A stretch of 36,658 bases of DNA from Octopus bimaculoides. Taxonomy: Eukaryota. The position numbers and the translations under genes are program-made. Shown piece by piece: positions 22,902 to 31,921 of the stretch (position 1 is its first letter; each line of letters starts with the position of its first letter). The notes beneath the pieces were generated by a model. That model was not told the DNA's origin and made no database searches. It saw nothing but the letters and a program-made list of their open reading frames with translations. The stretch lies in the NCBI RefSeq assembly GCF_001194135.2, contig NC_068987.1:30884734-30921391 (forward strand), written 5' to 3'.

Positions 22902-23688
22902 ACATTATTTACATTATTTTCACTTGACGGATATTTGTCCTCATCTTGTTTGTTGTTAACACAATGTTTCAGCTGATATNNNNNNNNNNNNNNNNNNNNN
23001 NNNNNNNNNNNNNNNNNNNNNNNNNNNNNNNNNNNNNNNNNNNNNNNNNNNNNNNNNNNNNNNNNNNNNNNNNNNNNNNNNNNNNNNNNNNNNNNNNNNN
23101 NNNNNNNNNNNNNNNNNNNNNNNNNNNNNNNNNNNNNNNNNNNNNNNNNNNNNNNNNNNNNNNNNNNNNNNNNNNNNNNNNNNNNNNNNNNNNNNNNNNN
23201 NNNNNNNNNNNNNNNNNNNNNNNNNNNNNNNNNNNNNNNNNNNNNNNNNNNNNNNNNNNNNNNNNNNNNNNNNNNNNNNNNNNNNNNNNNNNNNNNNNNN
23301 NNNNNNNNNNNNNNNNNNNNNNNNNNNNNNNNNNNNNNNNNNNNNNNNNNNNNNNNNNNNNNNNNNNNNAATTTATATTAGCCCTTGTGGCCAATAAAAC
23401 AAGAATTAATTATTATTATTATTATGTGGCGTAGCGGTTAAGAGTGCAGGCAACTAACCCCAAGATTCTGAGTTTGATTCCAGGCAGTGACCTGAATAAT
23501 AACAATAATTATAACATTGAAAAATACCTTAGGAATGAGAACCCAGGTTTGAAATTTCCCCAAGACACCTGATGAAGGCTGGAGGGTATATCAGCTGAAA
23601 CATTGTGTTAACAACAAACAAGATGAGGACAAATATCCATCAAATGTAAATAATGTTCATAATTCCTCATCTCTTAAATATAGAACTG
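22902..23688. mobile_element. Palindromic tRNA-head/hammerhead-like element, copy 1 (centre hidden by N-gap)
   Basis: 13-bp TSD TAAGCCACACATT at 22889-22901 and 23689-23701; left arm 22902-22979 is the reverse complement of part of the right arm (23426-23688). Confidence 0.8.
23564..23609 (+). ncRNA. Minimal type-I hammerhead ribozyme-like motif (degenerate)
   Basis: GACAC-CTGATGA-A-GGCTG-loop-CAGCT-GAAA-CATT-GTGTT; the inferred consensus has CAGCC-GAAA-CGTT. Confidence 0.6.
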
Positions 23689-24049
23689 TAAGCCACACAT
23701 TGTATCTATGTTTTTGAAATGAATGATAGTGCAATTCTGAAGAGATAGCTTACCAAGCTTGTACCATTTCTCGTGACTTAGAGCACACTAAATCAAATAT
23801 GTGAGGGTTCCTTAAAGATAGATCCACTTCTTATAATTGGTTCCACAAATCTACTTTTAACCCTTTAGCATTCAGATCACTCTGTCAAATGTAATACTTA
23901 TTTAATTTACATTGTTTTGAATTGATCATACATTATCTGGTAGCTTTGAGATTTGGATGATGAGATATTGTTTATTTTCAAATAATATTATAGTGTACAT
24001 TATTTACATTATTTACATTGAATGGATGTGTCCTCATCTTGTTTGTTGT

Positions 24050-24093
24050 TACCACATTTTGGCTGATTTACTCTCCAGCCTTCATCAGGTGTC
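24050..24093 (-). ncRNA. Hammerhead-like motif, degenerate (G12>A, stem III deletion), gene-sense strand
   Basis: Minus strand GACAC-CTGATGA-A-GGCTG-GAGAGTAAAT-CAGCC-AAAA-TG-TGGT. Confidence 0.45.
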
Positions 24094-24160
24094 CTGGTAG
24101 AAATTTGAACCCAACTCTGGGTTCTCATTCCTAAGGTATTTTTTTTAATGTTATTATTAT

Positions 24161-25459
24161 TACCAAAATCCTAATAAGTAGGAAGGTAGATAAAACACAA
24201 ACCCCTTCAGGTAGATGGCCCTGCTCAGTATGTAGAAAAGGAGTAGGTAGTAACTCTATAAGATGTACCCGGTGCAAGCTATGGACACATAAGAGGTGCA
24301 GCAACATCAAAGGCAGGTTAACTAGCAAGTTAGTTTTTGTTTGTGGCAGATGTTCAGGTGCAATAAAGACTGTAAACAAACAGGAAACAACTTCTATCTC
24401 ATTCCAGGGTGAAAAACTAGAGGTAGTCGATAGCTTCCGCTATCTGGGCGACCAAGTTAGTAGTGGGGGTGGGTGCGCTGAAAGTGTAGCTGCTAGAATA
24501 AGAATAGCCTGGGCAAAGTTTAGAGAGCTCTTACCCCTGCTGGCGACAAAGGGACTCTCNNNNNNNNNNNNNNNNNNNNNNNNNNNNNNNNNNNNNNNNN
24601 NNNNNNNNNNNNNNNNNNNNNNNNNNNNNNNNNNNNNNNNNNNNNNNNNNNNNNNNNNNNNNNNNNNNNNNNNNNNNNNNNNNNNNNNNNNNNNNNNNNN
24701 NNNNNNNNNNNNNNNNNNNNNNNNNNNNNNNNNNNNNNNNNNNNNNNNNNNNNNNNNNNNNNNNNNNNNNNNNNNNNNNNNNNNNNNNNNNNNNNNNNNN
24801 NNNNNNNNNNNNNNNNNNNNNNNNNNNNNNNNNNNNNNNNNNNNNNNNNNNNNNNNNNNNNNNNNNNNNNNNNNNNNNNNNNNNNNNNNNNNNNNNNNNN
24901 NNNNNNNNNNNNNNNNNNNNNNNNNNNNNNNNNNNNNNNNNNNNNNNNNNNNNNNNNNNNNNNNNNNNNNNNNNNNNNNNNNNNNNNNNNNNNNNNNNNN
25001 NNNNNNNNNNNNNNNNNNNNNNNNNNNNNNNNNNNNNNNNNNNNNNNNNNNNNNNNNNNNNNNNNNNNNNNNNNNNNNNNNNNNNNNNNNNNNNNNNNNN
25101 NNNNNNNNNNNNNNNNNNNNNNNNNNNNNNNNNNNNNNNNNNNNNNNNNNNNNNNNNNNNNNNNNNNNNNNNNNNNNNNNNNNNNNNNNNNNNNNNNNNN
25201 NNNNNNNNNNNNNNNNNNNNNNNNNNNNNNNNNNNNNNNNNNNNNNNNNNNNNNNNNNNNNNNNNNNNNNNNGACACGTAAAAGCACCCACTACACTCTC
25301 TGAGTGGTTGGTGTTAGGAAGGGCATCCAGCTGTAGAAACTCTGCAAAATTAGATTGGAGCCTGGTGTTGCCATCCGGTTTCACCAGTCCTCAGTTAAAT
25401 CGTCCAACCCATGCTAGCATGGAAAGCGGACGTTAAACGATGATGATGATGATGATGAT
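24161..25459 (+). mobile_element. 5'-truncated RTE/RTEX-like LINE with a PHD-type zinc finger in the RT C-terminal region; 3' UTR = family B repeat
   Basis: Open frame 24162-24559: TKILISRK...CSVCRKGVGSNSIRCTRCKLWTHKRC...CGRC...GEKLEVVDSFRYLGDQVSSGGGCAESVAARIRIAWAKFRELLPLL. After the gap comes family B sequence and a (GAT)n tail. Confidence 0.82.
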
Positions 25460-25608
25460 TATTATGCCTGGAATTGAACTTGGAATCTTGGGATTAGTAG
25501 CCTGTGCTCTTAACCATTATGCTCTATGCCCGTGGGCAGTGTAATGGTTAAGAGCATGGGCTACTAACTCCAAGATTCCGAGTTCAATTCCAGGCAGTAC
25601 CTTGAATA

Positions 25609-25654
<46 letters not shown>

Positions 25655-25713
25655 GCAAGAAAAAAAAACGCCTTAGGAATGAGAACCCAGGGTTAGGTTC
25701 AAAATTCTACCAG

Positions 25714-25759
25714 GACACCTGATGAAGGCTGGAGTGTAAATCAGCCAAAACGTTGTGGT
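25714..25759 (+). ncRNA. Hammerhead-like motif (G12>A)
   Basis: GACAC-CTGATGA-A-GGCTG-GAGTGTAAAT-CAGCC-AAAA-CGTT-GTGGT. Confidence 0.55.
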
Positions 25760-26577
25760 AACAACAAACAAGGTGAGGACACATATGGGTCAATGTAAGT
25801 AATGTAAATAATGTGCAGAATTCCTCACCTCTAAAACATAGAACAGTATTATAGTGTAGGTGTGAAAAGTTGGATCTGGCCGGTGTGAACATGAATCAGG
25901 TAGAATATTTAAACCGGATATGGCTGGTTTAAATATTAATACTAAAGGGTTAAATCTGCACATAAGGAGAACAAGTCTATTGAGCTACATGTAGCAACTA
26001 AAAAAGAAGTATTAATTTTTAAAACCCCATGGTCAAATTTTAGCTCACAGAAACAGAAGAATTTTCTGGAATCTCTTTTTTTCCTTTTTCCCCTTTTACA
26101 TTTTCAGTCATTGGACTGTGACCATGTTGGTGCACTGCCTTGAAGGATTTAGTAAAACAGACTGACCCCAGTACATATTTTAAAGTCTGGTATTTATTAT
26201 ATTAGGCTCTTTTGCTGAGCCTCTAAGTAACTAGGATATAAACAAACCAATGTAGCAGAACAAAACCTTGTGAGTGGAGTTGGTAGACAGAAACTGAAAG
26301 TAGCCCATCCTATTCTTGATTTCCTTAAGGCCATAGTCAAATGATAGAGACTAGTGATGACATTCCCTGAAGTCACTACACAATTGTTCAGCATGCTAGA
26401 AATAGCACCCATATTCCATCAAGTCACATGCTACGGCCTTTATAAAAGAAGATGCTAGACATACAAAGCGATGAAACGGTCATGGTTGGAATGGTATGAA
26501 TCTAGAAGCCGAAACAACAATAACTGCAGCACTACAAAGAGTTAATCTATAAGCTGTCATGTTGGTTATATCACAAA

Positions 26578-27300
26578 GGCACATGGCTCAGTGGTCAGAG
26601 CATCAAGCTCACAATCATGAAGTTGTGAGTTCGATTCCTGGACTGGGCTCTGTGTTGTGTTCTTGAGCAAGGTGCTTTGTTTCACATTGTTACAGTTCAT
26701 TCTAGTGGAGGTGCAATGGCCCAGTTGTAGGGCAGCAGACTCACGGTCATAGGATCGCGGTTTCGATTCCCAGACCGGCCGTTGTGAGTGTTTATTGAGT
26801 GCAAACACCTAAAGCTCCACGCGGCTCCGGTGGGGGATGGTGGCGAACCCTGCTGTACTCTTTCACCACAACTTTCTCTCACTCTTACTTCCTGTTTCTG
26901 TTGTGCCTGTAATTCAAAGGATCAGCCTTGTCACACTGAATATCCCCCGAGAACTACGTTAAGGGTACACGTGTCTGTGGAGTGCTCAGCCACTTGCACG
27001 TTAATTTCACGAGCAGGCTGTTCCGTTGATTGGATCAACTGGAACCCTCGACATTGTAAGCGACGGAGTGCCAACAACAGTTCATTCAGCTGTAGAAATG
27101 GGCTGCAATGTCACTGGTGCCAAGCTCTGTCGGCCTTTGCCTTACCCTTGGATAACACCAGTGATGTGGAGAGGAGAGGCTGGTATGCATGGGCAATTGC
27201 TGGTCTTCTATAAACAACCTTACCTGGACCTGTGCCTTAAAGGGGAACATTCTAGGTGCAACCTCATGGTCATTCATGACCAAAGAGGGCCATTACCCTT
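26578..27300 (+). mobile_element. tRNA-derived SINE family E copy interrupted by a family D SINE (26703-27076)
   Basis: Head GGCACATGGCTCAGTGGTCAGAGC...GAGTTCGATTCC; 11-bp TSD ACAGTTCATTC at 26692-26702 and 27077-27087; the body resumes collinear with 30249-30569. Confidence 0.85.
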
Positions 27301-27574
27301 TACCCTTTATCACCAAATCAAGTTTAAAATGTACTCTCAGTTATACTTAGTGTCTACGTCAATAGTTTTTCATCTCTTGTCATTCAGCATCCATCACAAT
27401 GTATGGTGTTTAACAGGGGACACAGATTGCATGCCTTGCAAAAACAAAACAAAAAAAGAAAAAGAAAACGAAAAAGAAGGAAAAAAACAACATACTGACT
27501 ATTTTAATGAAACAAGCTAATTTTGCCCCAGAGAAATTTATCCATATTTTTTAATAGTATTTCAGCCTGCATCA

Positions 27575-27775
27575 GTCACTACCAGTAACACCATCACTGC
27601 AACCACCAGTCACCACCGCCACCACCACCACCACCACCATCACCACCACCACCACCACCGCCAGTAATACCACCACCGCCACCAGTAATACCACCACTGC
27701 CACCATCATCACCACCACCACCACTACTAACACCTAACACCATCACTGCAACCACCAGTCACCACCGCCACCACC
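27575..27775. repeat. (CAC)n-rich degenerate microsatellite with an internal ~40-bp duplication, adjacent to a gap
   Basis: Direct reading. Confidence 0.9.
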
Positions 27776-27937
27776 NNNNNNNNNNNNNNNNNNNNNNNNN
27801 NNNNNNNNNNNNNNNNNNNNNNNNNNNNNNNNNNNNNNNNNNNNNNNNNNNNNNNNNNNNNNNNNNNNNNNNNNNNNNNNNNNNNNNNNNNNNNNNNNNN
27901 NNNNNNNNATAACAATAACTATAAAAACAAAACTTAC

Positions 27938-28671
27938 TTAATATTGAATTCTCCTTTTGAACTGTCTTTGAATGAAACTTTTTTGGGCAATTTTGAACTA
28001 CTGCTGGTAAATTTTAGTGATATACCTGGAACAGTAAGTGTTTCTGATTTGCCCCTTTTCCCTTCCAGTTTAGAAGCTGATTCATCTGCTTTAAGTTCTA
28101 CATATGCCTCCGATGCATCTTTAACATCTATCACTTTATTCCCTGCATAATCAGTTTGCAATGTTAAACTTTTGGTATTTCTGTCATCCGATGCCTGCTC
28201 GTAAATAGGCATATTTGGGGATGATTTGTTATTGTCTGGGAATGACTTGCGCACATAATTACTGTCTTTTTGTTGATAATTTTGTTTTTTCGGTAACAAT
28301 GTATTTATTACTGCAGACTCTTGCCATTGGTTACTTTTGTTTTCAACTGCCATCACTTTAGAAATGATGGTTGCAGAAGTTTGTGAAGGGATATCCACAG
28401 AGTTATCTATTGATTCAGGCCAGAAAAGGGTATCATTCATATCAAAAATATTTGAATAGCATAGAGGTATGCATGGTTTCTCATTTTCTCGGCCCACACT
28501 GTAGTTTGGAAGATAACCTTGTTTATGTATTTGGATGTTCTTTGGAAATAGGTAGTACGGGTAACAGTGAATAATTCCAACAGTAAGGGCAGAACATCCT
28601 TCATCACTAAGCTGGTTAACATTAGCACCACAGTTGAGCAGTAATTCAATGATTTCATCATTTCCTATAGA
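27938..28671 (-). CDS. ANKMY1: ANKMY1-like large exon (ankyrin repeat + low-complexity S/K/N/D-rich linker), 734 bp, phase 0/2
   Basis: ctctag|TCT...AA|gtaagt. Reads SIGNDEIIELLLNCGANVNQLSDEGCSALTVGIIHCYP..., in frame with ORF 27934-28497. Confidence 0.9.
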
Positions 28672-28779
28672 CTAGAGAAAAAAAAAAAAAGAAAGAAATG
28701 GGTGAAGGGAAAAAAATTTTTGAACATGTTATAAACAATATCAAGAACAACAACAATGAACACAAGACATTAAATTTAA

Positions 28780-28998
28780 CCCTTTGGCATTCAAACACAT
28801 CATATCAGGCCCAAATATTTGCTGTTTTTTTGTTCAAACTGGCCAGATCTAGCCTCTCACACTTACACTACAATGTCACTCTAAACACAAACAATCACAT
28901 CATCAAAATCTCAAAGCTATGAGATAATGCGTAATCATTTCACAATAATGTGGATAAATAAGCACTATAGTTGATGGATTAATCTGAATGCTAAAGGG
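28780..28998. mobile_element. piggyBac-type MITE, intact, 219 bp
   Basis: TTAA|CCCTTTGGCATTCA ... TGAATGCTAAAGGG|TTAA. Confidence 0.88.
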
Positions 28999-29856
28999 TT
29001 AAACATCTTACTGCATTTTAAATAGTTCCCCAAAATTTCAATTACTTGACCTGGTAGGAGTTATCTTCCTTTTTTTTAGTGTTTTAAGATTTTGAGCACC
29101 CCAGAGAAAATTTTAGCCTACGATGGCAGTTTCTTCATGTCAGAAGATCATGACAAAGAGTGGCACACTCTCAAATGGCTATGTAAACCGAACTTTGAAG
29201 TTGCAGAGCTTTTCTTCTTACCTTTGCTTAGCCGTTTTAAAGTGAGAGTCAGTCTGTGCAATCCAGATACTCATTAAAGTTATAAAAAGGTAAAAGTAAA
29301 GTTACTTCTTGTGTCATGCTAACTCATAAGGGCTGGTTTCCTGATTTCATGGGTCATATATTCCTCATCTAGATGGGACACTGGTCTGTTGCAGGATTAC
29401 TCATTTTTTGCCAGCTGAGTGGACTGGAACAACGTGAAATGAAGTGTTTTGCTCACGAACACAACATATTACCTTGTTTAGAAATCGAAACCACAATCTT
29501 ATAATCATGAGTCCAACACCCTAATCACAAAGCTACGCACCTCCACTTTTTAAATTTGGAGGTCTGTTGACAGTAGCTCAGTGGACTAGGATGGCTGTGG
29601 TGATCAGCAAGCTCTCAGTCTTTCATTGGAATGGCCTTCTCCAAGACAAATTGTTTTATAGGGCTGAAGAGCTTCACCTTGCTTGGAGTTGTCAGAAAGG
29701 CATTAAGGAGGGCACCAGACCACCCAAAGGACTTTGTTCTTTGATCTGTTGTCAAGGTCAATACTCTGAGCCTTTTCCTTTCCTGTGGCATTTACAAGAC
29801 AGTAAGGGTTTATGCTGTAAAGGTTAAATAACATGCTACTTAACCAATAGCAGAGA

Positions 29857-29891
29857 CCCTAACCCTAACCCTAACCCTAACCCTAACCTAA
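29857..29891. repeat. Interstitial (CCCTAA)5 telomere-type repeat
   Basis: Five perfect units plus CCTAA. Confidence 0.9.
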
Positions 29892-30248
29892 TAAGGTGCT
29901 ACTACTCTGAGTCAGAGTAGACTTGAGAACAATAATAACTAAGTAGTCCAACTCTTTAAAACCCTGGAATTCCTGCATCAGAACCCTACTTCTGGATAGA
30001 GTTCAAAATAATACCTAGGACACATGAACTAGTAATCTCAATTTATCACACAAGTGAAATCCTACCATATTTCAAACATGAATTAGAAGTAGCTGAGGCA
30101 TATAAACTACATTGAACATACATACAGAAGGTGTGTGTTTTGCTAGTTTGTGGGTAGGTTACTCTTAGAAAATATATTCTATATATATATAAAGAGTATA
30201 TTCTTAACAATTCACCTGGTATTAAAACACCTGGAAGTCATAGACAAG

Positions 30249-30569
30249 GCACATGGCTCAGTAGTTAGAGTGTCAGGCTCACACTCATGAGGTTGTGAGT
30301 AGGATTCCTGGACTGGGCTGTGTGTGTTGTGTTCTTGAGCAACAGACTTTACTTCACACTGCTACATTTTACTCAGCTGTAGAAATGAGTTGCGACGCCA
30401 CTGGTGCCAAGTTGTATCGACCTTTGCTTTTCCCTTGGATAACATTGGTGGTGTGGAGAGGAGAGGCTGGTATGCATGGGTGACTGATGATTTTCCATAA
30501 AAACCTTGCCTGGACTTTTGCTTCAGAGGGGAACTTTCTAGGTGCATCCCATGGTCATATCTTTTGACC
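30249..30569 (+). mobile_element. SINE family E copy
   Basis: 10-bp TSD CATAGACAAG at 30239-30248 and 30570-30579; tRNA-like head. Confidence 0.85.
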
Positions 30570-30959
30570 CATAGACAAGTGAGATAACTTGCACAGGGTT
30601 CCATTCAGGAGTGATACATCAATGTTTCATCATTTTTGTTATTTGTCAATACTGCGTACCCAAAACGAGACCCAATGTAAGTTAAATCGTTGTCTACGAC
30701 TCTATGCAAAATGGTGTAAGAACCATCTGCTGGTATATCCCAATATTTCATACCAATGAAAAAATTCAAATATGTATTAGAAGCGGCTGGGAGTATACAA
30801 ACTATACCGAACATACAGACACAAGATATGTGCTTTGCTGATTTGTGGGTAGGCTGCTCTTACAGGTGTAAGAAAATATATTCTCATCAATTTGCCTGGT
30901 GTTAAAACATCTAGAAGTCATAGACAAAGAAGATAACTCACACCTGGTCTCATATGTAT

Positions 30960-31195
30960 ATGGTGTGGCTGTGTGATAAGAAGCTTGCTTCCCAACCACA
31001 TGGTCCTGGGTTCAATCACACTGTGTAGCACCTCGTAAGTGGATTTGGTAGATGTAAACTGAAAGGAGCTCAACATGTGTGTGTGTGTGTTTGTGTCTGT
31101 TTGTCTCCTACCACTGCTTGACAACCAGTGTTGGTGTGTTACATCCCTGTAACTTGGTGGTTTGGCTGAAGAGACCAATAGAATAAGTACATGTC
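30960..31195 (+). mobile_element. SINE family A-related copy (internally deleted)
   Basis: GTGGCTGTGTGATAAGAAGCTTGCTTCCCAACCACATGG...GGGTTCAATCAC. Confidence 0.7.
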
Positions 31196-31312
31196 AGAGA
31201 AGTGACAAATATTTCATTGGCCTCTAGAAAAAACTACTTATAATAAATGAGCATTGCTTGTTTGTTTTATCAAAACAAAAATTCATCTGAAAATTAGTCA
31301 TACAAGACTTAC

Positions 31313-31513
31313 TGTTGCTATTATCAGAGAATGTAAGCCATATCTGTCACTAACGTCTGGGCTTACAATATTTTCTTCTAGGATTGCTTCAACCAGTTCC
31401 TGATCTCCTGTAAATGTACTTTTTAACAATGTCTCAGAGCTCTTCTCCATTATGCCCTTTCCCAAGAATTTCTCTCGATTGTATTGAAATATGGCATTAA
31501 CATTTATCAGATC
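31313..31513 (-). CDS. ANKMY1: ANKMY1-like exon, first ankyrin repeat, 67 codons, phase 0/0
   Basis: tttcag|GAT...ACA|gtaagt. Reads DLINVNAIFQYNREKFLGKGIMEKSSETLLKSTFTGDQELVEAILEENIVSPDVSDRYGLHSLIIAT. Confidence 0.9.
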
Positions 31514-31921
31514 CTGAAACAGAAAAATATAAAGGGTAACATTTGAAACATGTAACAGAAACACAGTAACGATAGCAGGGTCATTATATGAACTTTTCAT
31601 ATTGTGCAGTTAGTGTATATTGCTCTTTGCCAAGCCTTGGGTCTTCAAATCCTGATGGAGATGTAGGGATGTGGCTGTGACATATGGTGTGTCATGGAAA
31701 CAGGGTGGAGCCCATCCCTCTCCAGATTTAAATGCAGCTGATTTCTTCCAGAAGGAAAGAGAGAGAGAGAGGAAGAGGAGAAGGAGGAGACTCAAATGTA
31801 GTAGTGGGATTTACTGACTTTGAAATGAGGAAAGAGAAGTTAGCCTTGGTAAGATTTGAGCCACAACAAATACTGCAAGGCATTCTATCTGATGCTCTAT
31901 CAATTCTGTCAATTCACCACC

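Larger units (their letters stand above)
23998..25846. mobile_element. Palindromic tRNA-head/hammerhead-like element, copy 2, with a LINE inserted in its left arm
   Basis: 12-bp TSD TATTATAGTGTA at 23986-23997 and 25847-25858; left body 23998-24160 (minus), left head 25465-25531 (minus), centre TGCCC-GT-GGGCA, right head+(AAT)n+body 25534-25846. Confidence 0.85.
23861..25949. mobile_element. piggyBac-type MITE split by the 23998-25846 insertion (halves 23861-23997 and 25847-25949)
   Basis: TTAA|CCCTTTAGCATTC ... ACTAAAGGG|TTAA; the joined halves are collinear with the intact copy 3947-4166. Confidence 0.82.

Noticed and set aside
25555-25570. TACTAAC branch-point consensus and an ACT anticodon-like loop in the element heads
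   Set aside because: On the strand opposite to the gene and far from any acceptor; the head is a SINE-type tRNA derivative, not a functional tRNA.
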